The notes: generated from the letters alone by a model not told the origin. A DNA stretch of 62,409 bases, filler included, from Squatina squatina (GCA_031763465.1; 4 parts of 3 records of this genome joined end to end with filler, not necessarily neighbours in it); one strand, 5' to 3'. Counted from the first letter of the whole stretch, positions 27,235 through 41,530 are shown. A program made the numbers and translations.

Positions 27235-29180
27235 NNNNNNNNNNNNNNNNNNNNNNNNNNNNNNNNNNNNNNNNNNNNNNNNNNNNNNNNNNNNNNNNNN
27301 NNNNNNNNNNNNNNNNNNNNNNNNNNNNNNNNNNGCTGTCCAACAGCAATATCACAGCCCTGGTAGCAACATTATGATTCATCATGATATCATTGTGAAT
27401 ACATATGGGGTGATTCCCTGCAGTGGCACAGTGACGACCCTTGTGGCTCAAGCAATTATACCAGTAGTTTATGCATACGCACGGGGCAAACCATCAGAGC
27501 TGATCTGTGCATGAGCACAATACCAGGATCCATTTTGCATCTGGTTCACTGGGAGACTGGCTGAACTATTAAAGCATTAAAGCAGGAGAGCAGTGCACTT
27601 AGGTTGCTTTTCCAAGATCCAGCCTGCAATATAAAAAACAGCTACTGTCTGGGCTCACACATGAGAATTGGCCACTTGGGAGAGAATTGGAGGGCGACTG
27701 TTGTCTGTTGAAACTACGCCTCAGTGTGAGCTCCCACCTTTCGGAGTGAAGGGGAGAAAAAAAGAACTACTTAACTTGGATGAATGGCAGTGACACTGGT
27801 CATTTTTAAGAAAATGTGGATACTTTTTACATACATTTTAAAAGGAAGATCGGGTCACCAGTAACACATGGAACAGATAGGAAAGCAAGGTTTTTAATTA
27901 TATGCATACTATTAAATTTAAACAAATACATTTATCATATAAAATAGCCCGTATTTCACAAACTGTTTCTAATGTTTCAGTGTAAGGTAGATCAGTGATC
28001 TGAAGGACTATTAAGTAAATGTATACTGCTTTGAAAAAGACCAGCGTGCAGCTCTTCAAGTGAAATATCAGAGTTTTTCCAGTTTGGATCAAACAATGCT
28101 TATTCATCATTAGCTCATGAAACTGGCTGATGGTGGGCTTGTAAAACGTCTTTGAAAAGTAATCTGTAGGNNNNNNNNNNNNNNNNNNNNNNNNNNNNNN
28201 NNNNNNNNNNNNNNNNNNNNNNNNNNNNNNNNNNNNNNNNNNNNNNNNNNNNNNNNNNNNNNNNNNNNNNNNNNNNNNNNNNNNNNNNNNNNNNNNNNNN
28301 NNNNNNNNNNNNNNNNNNNNNNNNNNNNNNNNNNNNNNNNNNNNNNNNNNNNNNNNNNNNNNNNNNNNNNTATTCCCTGTGGAATACTAATTTACATCAG
28401 CTTGAGTTATACATCAGGTTATTCAAAGTGTTTCAGCTGCTCACATTCTAACTTTCTGAAGGTAGTCACGGCTTTTCTTAAAAGCAAGTCACATTTTCCA
28501 GGATAAAAAGTCGCCGTTAAACAAAGCTGGCAGCCGTCTCAGGAATTTCTATTCCTATGGTTACTAATTGAAGCTCTTAAACTATTTACTTTTAACTCGA
28601 GTAACTTGTACAACACTGTAATACTTCTGTACTTATTTTTTTTAAAGGGTCAGGCAAAATAAAAAAAAACTTTATTTGCTTGGTAAGTATTCAGAATGTG
28701 ACTCCCAGTCATTAAAAATCATAGCTTCAAGTATCAGTCTTAAGAACAGATCATTATTAACAAATTCCTAAAATTCTGTTGGAATAATATAGAACCCCGA
28801 AAATCCATGGCCATTTCAGTGTTCTCCTGCGGTAACTTTAGCGGGGGTTTGCTGGAACAGCCGCAAACTTGCCCAGGAATTACCCATATCTGAATTCCAG
28901 CCTTCGTCCAGAGCTTCCTCTTTGGCCTGCTAAGAGCAGAGACTCCACCCAGTCCAAACATGGTCATTATTGTAAGGGGGTGGGAAAAGGGCTGGGACTC
29001 TGAATGTTGGCATTCCTGTGCTCCAGGCCTTCAGAGGGACTTGGTGTATGGCTGAGATCAAAGCCTGGGCCTCTGAAGAGAATGCAAAATTGAAAAAAAA
29101 ATATTTTTTAATGTGGCCCTGTTCCTGAGGGGACCTNNNNNNNNNNNNNNNNNNNNNNNNNNNNNNNNNNNNNNNNNNNN

Positions 29181-29192
29181 TTAATTAATTAA
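29181..29192. other. Artificial scaffold-join spacer TTAATTAATTAA
   Basis: Identical 100-bp N44/12/N44 structure (29137-29236). Confidence 0.95.
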
Positions 29193-31513
29193 NNNNNNNN
29201 NNNNNNNNNNNNNNNNNNNNNNNNNNNNNNNNNNNNTCATCTCCTCAGTGCCAGAGGATGGTCCTGTTTCCATGCACTTCCTGCAGCATCAGCTGCTTGG
29301 CCACGAAGGCTCCATTGTCCAGAAACTTTGACCTCATGCGAATGTGCCATTGGGCAGGTAGCTCTGTGTGTGTGCGTGCGCGTGCGTGGTGGTGGGGGAT
29401 GGAGTGGGAGGGTTGGGGGTTGGGGGTTACAGGGAGAGACCTTGCACTGAAGATACAAATTATACAAGCCCTGGATATCAGGACTAAACAGCCATGTGTG
29501 TGTAGTCACAGAGACCACTTGCAGGGCACCAGTTACCCCCAATTTGGGAATAGAAATTTCCAGGCTTTCAATAGAAAGGCTTGTTAATCAATGTTTCCCG
29601 TTGGCAATGGGAGATATATCAGGCATTACCCAAAATGTCCTGTGCTGACCAGTGACCTACTTTGCCAGTGTCTGCTGTGATATGCCATTATGTACCAATG
29701 TCACTGGTCATTACTGGGGCTTAGTTTCATTGTGTACTCCTGGCACTGTAGTTTGTGGTTATACCAAATCAAATACCATCAGTAGCTGCAGTTTTGGGGT
29801 ATTGTTCCCTGCGTGTTTAACTCAAGAGACACGTTGTCACGACTCCTTATTACCCAGAATCAGATCTAGCACTGAATCCTTCATTGTTGGACAAGCAATT
29901 AAGTAAAGAAGGAAAAAATGTCCGATCCTGGATATTTCCTAAGAACCCCTTCCCATTTTGACTATGATCTTTATCTGATACCAGACTACCTCAGCAACAG
30001 TTCAATTCCCCCCTACAGTTGAAGTTAATATTATAAACCTTTCCAAATTGCCTACCAAACTCATTCTTGAGTTCTATCCCACTATTTTGTGGTCTGTAAT
30101 GTACCCCCAATATAGTAACAGATTCCTTCCCAGAGCAACATCATCAATGGAAACCTCCCTTTCTTTGGTTGTAATCTTCTCCATAAGTAACGAAGTTGCC
30201 TCTTTTCCCTTTATCATCATCTCTGTAATCGTCCGAAAACCTTTACAGCTGGGAATATTTCATTTTGCTAGCCAAGGCGATAAAGGGATATGGAGCCACG
30301 TTAGATAGAAAGAGTTAGGATACAGATCAGCCATAATCCCATTGAATGGCGGCACAATCTCAACGGGCTTACTCATAGAATGACAGAATGCTTACAGCAC
30401 TGAAGGAGGCCATTCGGCCTGTCGAGCCCATGCCAGCTCTCTGCAAGAGCACTTCAGCTAGTTCCGTTCCCCTGCCCTTTCTCCGTAGCCCTGCAATTAT
30501 TTTTCCTGCAGGTACTTATCTAATTCCCTTTCGAAAACCACAATTGAATCTACCTCTGCAACCCTTTCAGGCAGTGACTTCCAGATCCTAATTACTTGCT
30601 GAGTAAAAAAAGTTTTTCCCTCATGCTACCTTTGGCTCTTCTGCCAATCACTTTAGGTTGAGGTAGAAAATCAGCCATGATCTTATTGAATGGCAGAGGA
30701 GGCTCAAGGGGCCATATGCCAGTGCTGCTATTTCCTATGCTCTTATGTAACAACCTATTGCATGTTACTGGGGTATGTTATTCAATAGTGATTTTTATGC
30801 CATGAGTGAATGGCTGTAATCTTATGGTGTTAATCTCTTACTTTAGTTACAGCTTCAATACTCTCTCTCCAAAGCTGCCAAAATTCTGTATATTGCTGGA
30901 AAGCCAGCCTGGGAAATCTGATTCTCCTGCTTATGTCTGATAAATGGATCTTGTGCACAGGATAGAGCAACCAGTCTAAATGAACTAAGTGCCCTAACAA
31001 AGGTCAGGCTGTCCAATCTCGAGCCTTTGCTCAGTTGTCAAACCTTCAACCTCTCCTCAGCTTGAAAATTACATGAGACCAGTGTTATCCCTGTAATGAA
31101 AGTCTCAGCATCTTTAATACTGGTGGCAGGGCCAGAAAGCTAATTAAAGTGCACATGGCAGTGCAAGGCTTTAATCAACTTCAAGTCCCTCTACTATAAT
31201 GAAACGCGCTGAATCACTCATCGAGACATTAGCAGGTCAGACACACGCACGAGGCAGCAGGTGCCCTTTACCTGCAAGGCAAGATCATTTGGGGATTCGA
31301 CAGATGAGTGAGGTGGGGCTGTGATGTTGTGTGTGTTGGGGCATTACTGCTAACCGGCACAGAGTGGGCATTGACGCTCTGCCGCTCAGTTCCCAATCTA
31401 CCGACTGAGCCAAGTCTGCCAAATATAATGTTACCCATAAAATGTACCACAAAAGAACAAAACAGGATAGTAAAAATAAAAAATAGATCGGTGACAAAGG
31501 ATACCTCACTCAC

Positions 31514-31633
31514 CTCCAATGTGGTCGATACAATCTTTTCTACAGAAGAAAAATAGGCATCCCACAAGAACTGGGTGTGCTGTCGGAATGCCAGGATTTT
31601 GTCATTATCAATGGACCTGACTGTTGATGGAAC
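31514..31633 (-). CDS. ext1c: Exostosin-family gene exon 4 (120 bp)
   Basis: Acceptor tttctactttatAG and donor GAG|GTGAGT. Encodes [40 protein letters not shown] (EXT1: [40 protein letters not shown]). Confidence 0.9.
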
Positions 31634-32447
31634 CTATAAAGTAGAAAGGGAGAGGCTTTTAGTCCAGCCTGCACAATCAAACGCTGCTCAGAGACAGTTT
31701 GTAAAAATATTCAGCTCCCACCATCAGCCTGCTTATAGACTCCCAGCAGAGGCTCGTTACCGGCACCATTNNNNNNNNNNNNNNNNNNNNNNNNNNNNNN
31801 NNNNNNNNNNNNNNNNNNNNNNNNNNNNNNNNNNNNNNNNNNNNNNNNNNNNNNNNNNNNNNNNNNNNNNTAAAAGAAAGAAAAACATCAACCACATCAG
31901 TTGAAAGATAAGTTAAAGACATTAGCTGTGCTATTTGTATTTTTTTAAAAAAGGCCCATTTTTCAAATAGGCCAGTACCCATACTGCAATCAATTCCTCT
32001 GCTATTAACCAAGGACATCATTCCCTCATTTGTGTTGCATATCATTTGTATTTGCCCTGAAATCTCTGACGTGTGGCTAGAAAGGGTAGGAGCCTGGCAT
32101 AACCTGTCCTGCCCTAATATCTGACCCACCCACCCAAATTAGGGCACCTTTACACTGATTTGGGAGCAGAAATTCAAGCCCAAGGTTTCATGCAAGACAG
32201 TAGGCCTTGGCATCACTGAGGTTTGCAAACTATCCAAACTTGACTGGAAATACAGAACAGGTCTCTCAGCATCTTCAAAAGAAAGCGAGCTTCAGGATAC
32301 TTTTTTCTAAACTCGAAAGGTCTCCCCTAAATTGTTAACCCAGTCTTTCAAAATGCTGCTTAATCTGTGTATTCTTAGGATTTTGTATGTTTTTATTTCA
32401 CATTCGCACACAGTTCAACCTTACACATATGAAGGACATTGTATTAC

Positions 32448-32541
32448 CTGAAGAGATTCCAGAAATCGGAAAGAGCCCAATCTTCTCCCCCTTGGAACAA
32501 GGCAGAAAGTGGAATTGTGCAGCAATTCCTGATAATCATAC
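32448..32541 (-). CDS. ext1c: Exostosin-family gene exon 2 (94 bp)
   Basis: Acceptor cttccctttttcAG and donor CAG|GTAATA. Encodes [31 protein letters not shown], and its phase joins exon 1 correctly. Confidence 0.9.
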
Positions 32542-32659
32542 CTGAAAAAGGGAAGCAAAACCCATTCACTAACCGGTTAGACTCTTAATTCTCATTCACA
32601 CAAGGCTAGTTTATTTAAAGATAGAAGTTAAATCAATGGGCCTTGCTCTTCCCCAACCT

Positions 32660-32972
32660 CCTCCTAACCTAGAGCCCTCCCAGATCTCTGTGCTCCTCCT
32701 ATTCTGGCCTCTTGCACATCCCCGATTTTAATCGCTCCATCATTGGAGCCTTCAGCTGCCTTGGCCCTAAGCTCTGGAATTCCCTATCTAAACCTCTCTG
32801 CCTCGCTCTCCTTTAAGACGCTCTTTAAAACCTACCTCTTCGACCAAGCTTTTTGTCACCTTTCCTAATATCCCCTTGTGTGACTTGGTGTCAAATTTTG
32901 TTTGATAATCGCTACTGTGAAGCGCTTTGGGACGATTTAATATGTTAAAGACGCTATATAAATGCAAGCTAT
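32660..32972 (+). mobile_element. L2 LINE 3' fragment
   Basis: gccttcagctgccttggccctaagctctggaattccct...aaaacctacctcttcgaccaagc...gctatataaatgcaag. Confidence 0.8.
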
Positions 32973-34761
32973 CGTTTTATCATCAGAATACTCAACACAC
33001 TTATCCCAAACTCCGCTCTTTGCTATATTAATGGAGGTGTTAACCTTTTTATTTTAAATGGCGAACAAAAGAATTTGAGATGTATGCATTCATTTGTTTA
33101 GTACCCAATATGGCAGAGCTCAAATTCATTTATTAGGGGCCACCAGTGATAGATCAGACATTGCAGGCGAAGCATTTACTATCTGAGGGCTTTGTTACAC
33201 CTTCTTCAATGAGCTCTACAAATAACCGTGATTACTATCTATTGGATATATTTACGATCACAGAACTATTAGTTGCATTACCTGTTTAGTTTCTGTTAAG
33301 AACTGAATGTGGTCAAAACTTCTCAGCCCCAATGACAGTCCTGAGGCACAAATCAGGCAGGAATTCTGCCGGGTCTTGGGAATGTGGGAATGCTGGATCT
33401 CTGCTCAGAATCCCACAAGGTAGCAAATCCCAGTAGGGTCTAATATGGTCAAAACTTTCATCCATCCCAAATATGGTCCGTGAACCTCAACACAGTGGGA
33501 TAAAGGGGAGGAATTTTCTATGGCGGGAATTTCCCCAGCCCAACCTCCCTACTGACCAATGATCTAGATATCAGGATGAACTCTACATATAGGTCCATCG
33601 AGAGAGGGAAGTGGGGCTCAGCAAAGTCTACAGGCCAGGGTTGTGGCCTGGAAAACCCAGAAATCAAGGATTGAACTGCTTGGATCGGCCCTCCTATTAA
33701 GGGGACCTGTAATGGCATGGGCACCTGCTGATGCCATTCAAACGATGTGACCCTGTCCTGACCCCAGCTAATCCAGCTGGGGTCAGGAGTGGAGGTTACT
33801 GGCATCTGTGTTGGCGCAGTGTGGGGCCAAGGATTTTCAACCCCTGTACGTTCCGTTTACTTCTCTTTTGCCCACTTTTTTCCTGAACAATAAAACAATG
33901 ACAGTTGTTTTGTGGGGTTGGATGAGGAGACTCTTCCTTTCCATTTATATACATTTTTAAAATCCTTTTTTTGTTTTATATCTTTTATGGTTGCTTATGA
34001 TCTATTTTGCCTTGTTGTTTTGCCCCTTTCTACATTCAATAATACTTGCTTGTTTTTGTTCGAACCCTGTATTTTTATGGTTGAGCGGGGCAGACACTTT
34101 ACTGTTCAGTGTTTGCATTGTGCAATTTTCTGCTTAGCAAATTTACATTTTTTACTCCTTTAATTCTTTTTAACCAAATGTCTCGTGCTGTTTTATTCTG
34201 TTGTATTATCAGATCTTTTCATTGATTTCTTTGGAAATTCTTTTGTAGGATTTTGCATCAATCTTTCAATTTAAAAAAAATATACACTTGCCATATAGAA
34301 ACTGTTAGTCTCGAGCAGGGATCATTTTGGGACCAAGATTAGTCTCCTCTGTGCATGTTTACAAAAAAATTGTCCCCAAACCTAAATATATTATCCATGC
34401 AATGTGTGATAGTGAGCAATTATTAATTTTGTGTTGCTGACACAGTGTAGGAAATACCCTGTGTAGCATACTTGCTTACAGTCAACTTAAATACAATGAA
34501 ACTCTTATTATTCAAAAAATGTCGTGCCTCAAATAAACCTTCACAGTGACTCAGGTGAGGCAACTTGTTTTGATACACATACTTACACGGGCTGCCAACT
34601 AACTACCTCATTGCATCATTTTGGCTTGTTTGAACCATGCAAAAATTATCCAGAAAGTTNNNNNNNNNNNNNNNNNNNNNNNNNNNNNNNNNNNNNNNNN
34701 NNNNNNNNNNNNNNNNNNNNNNNNNNNNNNNNNNNNNNNNNNNNNNNNNNNNNNNNNNNTT

Positions 34762-34892
34762 TGTTGTGCATAGATTTGCTGCCGTGTTTCCTTCATTACA
34801 ACAGTGACTACGCTTCAAAAAGTATTTCTTTGGCTGTGAAGCGTTTTGGGGCGTCCTGAGGTCATGAAAGGCGCTATACAAATGCAAGTTCT
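34762..34892 (+). mobile_element. SacSINE1-like SINE 3' tail
   Basis: cattacaacagtgactac...ctgaggtcatgaaaggcgctatacaaatgcaagt. Confidence 0.8.
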
Positions 34893-35769
34893 TTTTTTGA
34901 AGGGTTGATATAGAACTGTAGAACAAGCTAGCAGGGCAGGCCATTGAAGGAGACAATACAAAAAGGTTCTTGTGGGCATTTCAGTTGAGCTCAGTTGCAG
35001 AGGTTGAGTTTATAAGCTGATGGGACCTCTTCAGAGGTTGCTCAAAATACTTGTGTAAAATAAGAATTATCCTCAGACACATTGAGATACCCCTCACTGG
35101 TCAGATGTGACATAATGATTTATGATCGCCACTACAGTAGCAAATGAACATGGAGACAAATTGTCATCGCTCTTCGAAAGGTGCCCGAAGACTAATTGTA
35201 ATGCCAGGCAACAGNNNNNNNNNNTGAAGTTTGAATATAATTTTCCACCTGCTTCATTCACCTTAATCCCCTGCTCTGCATGTGCAATCAAGCTCATTTT
35301 CTCAGTTGTATTAAATGCACACCAACCAACATATGTGTGAGGAATCAGATCTGGACTGTATTGGGAGTGTGCTTTCATTTTCCTAACTCACCGCCAACTT
35401 TTTTCCCTTTCCTCCCATCCTCCCTTGACGGCCAGCCGATGGCTTTCAATAACAATATGCGTCCACAGACACCAGCAGCCATATGCAAGTGACCATTCCT
35501 TACATGGGATCCTAGACATTGAATGTCAGCAAGTGATTAGATGGTGAATTGGCATCACCGACGAGCCTCAGCCTGGCCTCCTCCAACGCCAGTAGCTTCA
35601 CCACCCAGCACGGTTCTCACAGATAATCTTTTTACCATTTTCCCACAGAAAGGATTTGGCAAATTACTTTTAAATTTTGTATTTTTAAAGCAAAGTGTAT
35701 TCACATTAAGTTTAATTTAAAAAAAGCACTGAGACGGAAGATGGTTAAAATGCTAATGAGCAAGGCACT

Positions 35770-35935
35770 GATTGGCCGTTGCCTCTGCCCATTGGTCAGC
35801 AGCTTCTGATCATTGTCAACTGCGACTGCTCATTGGCCAGTAAATTCTGACCATTGGCCAGTTGCTTTTGATGACTGACCAGTGGTTTCTGATCATTAAC
35901 CAGTAGCTTTTGGTGACTATCCGGTGACCTCTGCT
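35770..35935. repeat. Degenerate ~21-bp tandem repeat (about 8 copies, consensus CATTGGCCAGTAGCTTCTGAT)
   Basis: Units include cattggtcagcagcttctgat, cattggccagtaaattctgac, cattggccagttgcttttgat, gactgaccagtggtttctgat and cattaaccagtagcttttggt. Confidence 0.75.
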
Positions 35936-37130
35936 GGGAAGTGCGTGTGGACAGAGATTAGGTGAAGAGAGAGAATCTGGCTAGGGTGTAATTTCTTTTC
36001 TATCCCCCACCCAACATTCACTGTCTAGCCTCACATATGAAGAATGTCCACTTGGATGAGGTACTAGGAGGCTGATCGAGCCCGTGAACATATGGACACG
36101 GACACAATCTTAAAACGAGAGCTAGGTCAGTTAGGAGTGAAATCAGGAAGCACTTCTTCACAAAAAGGTAGAAATTTGGAACTCTCTTCCTCCAAAAAGG
36201 CTGTGGATACTGGGGGTCAATCAAGCTTTCAGGACTGAGATCAATAGATTTTTGTTGGGTAAGACTATCAAGGGATATGGAGCAAAGGCAGGTAAATAAT
36301 GCTGAGGTGCAGATCAATGGCTGACTAGACGTGGGGGGCTGAATGGCCCACTCCTGTCCCCCCATGTCCGAAACCGTCAGTTTTTTATGGTCACCAATGT
36401 GATCTGTCTGACTTTTATTTCATGAGCTATTGTTGGTGTAGTTACAGAGTCTGTGGTGACTGTGACTTACCACAATATCTCAAGGCACTGCAACAATTTT
36501 CTGAGGAGTTTGTGGCTATTGGGTTAAAGCATTGAACATAACCATCCAAAAAAACATGATCCACAATAGTAAGGATACATCATGTAATCAAATACATTAA
36601 CAAACTTCTCAGTGAAGATCCCCAATCCGCTTACTAGTCACAGAGATATTCCAAGGCTGATTGTCTTGTTTTCCCTATAGGTGAGCATGGATCTATTTAT
36701 GATAAGGCTAGGTGAAGNNNNNNNNNNNNNNNNNNNNNNNNNNNNNNNNNNNNNNNNNNNNNNNNNNNNNNNNNNNNNNNNNNNNNNNNNNNNNNNNNNN
36801 NNNNNNNNNNNNNNNNNCCGATGTCACCTAACCAGGGGATAAATTAGAAAAGAGAAAGAGCCTGCATCTGGGTACTTGATATCTGCAGAAGGAAGATTCT
36901 GACGTATAGCTTTTGACGTCTTGTGATTACAGTTCCTGATGCCCTTTTTTTGTTGCAAACTAATAACGATGATGGATGATTTTAATTTCAATTGAAATGC
37001 TGACTCAAGACTTCTCAGTCTGCACACATTCATTATGGAAGAGAAAATTCTGTAATAAATATTCAGCCTGGAGGCATCACAGCTATCACTTCAACAATGC
37101 TGTATTCTTTGGCATTTTAGGAAAGAAAAT

Positions 37131-37577
37131 AAAGAACTTGCATTTCTATAGCGCCTTTCACGACCTCAGGACGTCCTAAAATGCCTTACAGCCAATGTAA
37201 TACTTCTAAAGTGTGGTCACTGCTGTAATGTAGGAAACGCGGCAAGCTCCCACAAACAGCAATGTGATAATGACCAGATAATCTGTTTTTGTGATGTTAG
37301 TTGGGGGATCAATATTTGCCCAGGGCACCGGGGAGAATTTCCTTGTTCTTTTTTGAAATAGTGCCGCCTGATCTTTTACGTCCACCTGAGACGTTAGACG
37401 GCACCTCGGTTTAACGTCTCATGAGAAAGATAGCACCTCGGACAGTGCAGCACTCCCTTAATACCGCACTGGGAGTGTCAGTCTAGATTTTGTGCTCAAG
37501 TCTCTGGAGAGGGGATTGAACCCACAACTGTCTGACTCCAGAGGCCAGAGTGGTACTCACTGAGCCATGGCTGACAC
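37131..37577 (-). mobile_element. Full-length SacSINE1/DeuSINE-like SINE
   Basis: Nearly colinear with the 7538-8002 copy; head tgagccatggctgacac. Confidence 0.85.
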
Positions 37578-40500
37578 ACCTGAAAACCTAGGACTTGCAC
37601 CATTGCGGCACTTGAGTTTTTCCCAGCTAAAGAGTTCCACCAGTTCCCAATTCCCACCTTCAAGGAGAATAGTGCCTGCCAGGTGAGGGAAGGACTTCAG
37701 TCCATGCCCAAAAATACCTCTCACTCACATTTGCCTATCTCTATTTCTTCCTCCCATTTGGTAACGCTGAATGACTTTTCCAATTCCACTCCAGACAGGG
37801 ATACATAATCCAAACTGACACTTCAAGTTTCGTACTTGGGGAGTGCAAATTGTCAGAGGTCTTGTCTTTCAGATTGTTCAAGCGAGGCTCTGTTTCATGT
37901 TCAGCTGGATGTTAAAGATCATGTGGCATTTTCGAAGAACAGCAAGGAGTTCTCCTGCTGTCCAAGCCATTTCTCTCTCAACCAAAAAAAAGAGGTCAAT
38001 TGGCTATATGCTGTTTGTGGGATCTTACTGTGCACATATTAGCTGTTGTATCTGCCTACAGAACAATAGTAACTGCCCTTTAGAAGTAATTCATTGGCTT
38101 TAGGACATCCTTAGGATGTGATAAGCTGCTTTCTTTCCCTACATTCCTAGGATTGTATCCTTATGAAACAAAGTGAACTAGTGGCATGAATAGGAAATAA
38201 GGGTCACTACAGAAACAAAGATTCATTCTAGATTCCTTCATAAATGGAATGCTTGCAGGCTTCATTAACAGCATTCTGGAACCAATGTTAGAGAGATGTT
38301 TGGGAGCGTCTCAGGGTACCTGACCTTCCTTGGGTGGTAGTGGGGTGGGGCAGAGGAAGAGGGTTGTTCTGATTTTTCCTACCCAATTTCTGGAGGGTAC
38401 ATCCCCTCAGCTAACTACCTCCCCAAGACAGCTCAGTAAGTGCTGAAAACTCACGGTAGGGGAAATTGCAAGTGTGAACCTCATCTCACAATGGATTGGT
38501 GCTACAACATCTAACAGCAACGTCAGAGCAGGCAAATCCTGATCCAGTGTCGTACTGGGAATTGAACTAGAACCACATGATCTGTTGCCGAGTTATTTGC
38601 TGATCCTAATCAGAAGACCAAAAAAATACAACTTGCAGAGATATTACTTGGTTCCCTTCAGGAGCCTAAATGTGAAGTTACTCTTTTGTTGAAGTTNNNN
38701 NNNNNNTTGAAGTTCTTTTTCTTCTATACTGATGACATGTTTTTCATTAATGTGGAACTTAGTTAATTGCAGCTGTACTATTTGCTATGATACCATTCTT
38801 GTGTCTATAAATGCAATTTTTTGTTGCTGTTATAACTGGATGCTTGCACTGAAATTGGCTGCTTCAGTGTTGCCAACTTGGGATGTATTCGCCAGTAAGC
38901 ATCAGCCAATAATGGCATGTCATTTGACTCTGTGCTATGTCTGGCCCAATTTTGCATCACCCTCTGCCCCAAGGAGACAAAATACCACCTAGCTCCCAAC
39001 ATCCTCTCATTCTCTACCATTACAACATCACTGCCATAGTCAACGTGCTCAACAGCTCCATTCTTTCTGGCTTCAATGTACTCTTCTGCACCAAGTCCAC
39101 TACGAGTCCACCCCTGCCATTCGCCTGCCACCGCGCCCCCCCCCACCCCATCCAACTTTTACCTCTGCACCCATAAGTGAGAGGGGCTATAGGCTTGACC
39201 AAATCTGTGGAACACTGCTAGATCTCNNNNNNNNNNNNNNNNNNNNNNNNNNNNNNNNNNNNNNNNNNNNNNNNNNNNNNNNNNNNNNNNNNNNNNNNNN
39301 NNNNNNNNNNNNNNNNNNNNNNNNNNGACCATTTCTTTACCGAACACCAAACAATATAGTTAAAGAACTCATGTCAAGTCATAAAATACAATACAAAACA
39401 AAGCACCATGACGACCTTAGGATCGACCAAACAGAGAAGATTTACATACTGCCCCTCTCACCCTACCCCGAGCTGTACAGTTCATTTGGCCCTGTACTGT
39501 TCGCAGGTCTCCTGGCATCTCAGAACCACCCCGATCCTGCCACATGTGATTCAAGTTACCGCAGGCAATTGGCCAAAGTGTCAGGGAGAGCTGGGTCAAT
39601 GAAATGTCAAGCTGTGGCATACAGCACAACAACTAAATAAATGGGAGATTTGCTCACCATTGCTGGGAGTCAATAAACCAGGACAAATGACTGACATCTT
39701 GCACTGGCTGGTGCCGATTAGTCAAAGACAGTTAATTACGTCTTAATAACCTCATGCTGGCCACTTGTCCTCCTTAACACTCAATTGGCAAACAACTGGG
39801 AATAGGCACTTGATTACTAGCTGTAATTATTAACTGCTGCCTTATTAATATTCACCGTCTGTGAATAGTCTTCCTCTCCCTTCTCCATACACTGAAAACA
39901 GAACAGTCATTAAAAACATTCANNNNNNNNNNNNNNNNNNNNNNNNNNNNNNNNNNNNNNNNNNNNNNNNNNNNNNNNNNNNNNNNNNNNNNNNNNNNNN
40001 NNNNNNNNNNNNNNNNNNNNNNCATCACGATAAACCAACAAGCCCATGATTCTTTACCTAAGCTGCAATAGCACAAGATCACGGTTACGAGAAATAATAC
40101 GCGAGTCACTGCTGGCAAGGTAGCTTGACAGTTGCCGGGTGAGCAGATGGTCTAACCTCCCCTTCTCCTTTCTTGCGTGTCATTCCCATAGGAGTCTGCT
40201 GATGAAATGCACCATCTTGTTATTCTGAAATTCACTGCTATTAGGTGTCACTGCTACTAATTCAAAAACACTGTAGATAAAGGTCGTCAAACAGGGACAA
40301 TTGTCAAGACTGACAACTTTATACTCTCACAGCTGACGATCACACGCAGCCCTGACTACCTTTTAATTAATGTCAAATGTCTTGTTATGACTGATGTTTA
40401 AAAATGAGAAGGGAAAATTGGATATCAGGCCATTGTTGGCAGCTATCCATGCTATTAATCTGATATACAACTCCTTCTAATTCTACGACTTTGCAGTTAT

Positions 40501-40964
40501 TGACAAAGTTACAGACCAAGTCGCAACGTGAAAAGACATAATTACCCACGGTGTTGATAGCATCCAGGGTAGCAGTGATTAAAATCTTCCAAATGACTCC
40601 TTCACAGTCTAATTAATTGCTGGATTGTTGATTGTGAAATTCTGTGAACAGTTTAAATTAATGCCTGCCCTACTGGAAGCTTGGCCGGTGGACTTGCAGG
40701 TCCAGTGGAGGACATGAATTGCTCATTAAGAAAGGGCAACGTTTGGATTTTTAGCTTCACTGCCAATAACCCTTCTCAGCCCAGGTGTCTAGAGATGCTT
40801 TTCTCGTCATCTCTCTCCTCTCTTCACCTCACTTAATAAGGGGCCAGGGCCACAGTCTTAGGGGTGCCAGCAGCCCTCTGGTCCCTTGTCCAAGTGACCT
40901 TGTCTAGTGCAAATCGGCAGACTATGGAAGGCATCACATCCCAGTCTGATCTCATCCTCGGTCG

Positions 40965-41320
40965 ACAACAACAACTTGCATTTTGTACATAGTAAAAGGT
41001 CCAAAGGTGCTTCACAGGAGCGATTATCAAATAAAATATGACAACGAGACATGAGATATTAGGACAGGCGACTACATTTTTGGTCAAAAAGGTGTTAAGG
41101 AGCATCTTAAGGGAGAGAGAGGTAAAGATACTGAGGGGCTTAGGGAGGGAATTCCAGAGTTTAGGTCCTAGGTGGCTGAAGGCACGTGGCGTGAAGAAAA
41201 TCAGGGATGTGCAGGAGGCCAGAGTTGGAGGAACGCAGAGATCGAGGAGGGTTGTACGGCTGGAGGAGTTTAGAGAGAGAGGCAGAGCCGAGGTCATGGA
41301 GGGATTTGAAAACAAGGATG
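40965..41320 (-). mobile_element. L2 LINE 3' fragment
   Basis: The minus ORF contains RAFSHLGPKLWNSLP, typical of the L2 ORF2 C-terminus; (caa)n tail at 40965. Confidence 0.8.
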
Positions 41321-41530
41321 TCGTTAACAATAATGCAAGGATTGTATTACGGGGAACATTCTAGTTGCTGGATCGGAGTCGGTGGATACGAGGTTGGTCA
41401 GTCTCATGACTTTTTTTTTAAGTACCTTGGNNNNNNNNNNNNNNNNNNNNNNNNNNNNNNNNNNNNNNNNNNNNNNNNNNNNNNNNNNNNNNNNNNNNNN
41501 NNNNNNNNNNNNNNNNNNNNNNNNNNNNNN

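Noticed and set aside
29900-29945. IQDRTF resembling the start of EXT1 exon 5 (IIQDRIF)
   Set aside because: No in-phase acceptor, the similarity ends at once, and a stop follows.
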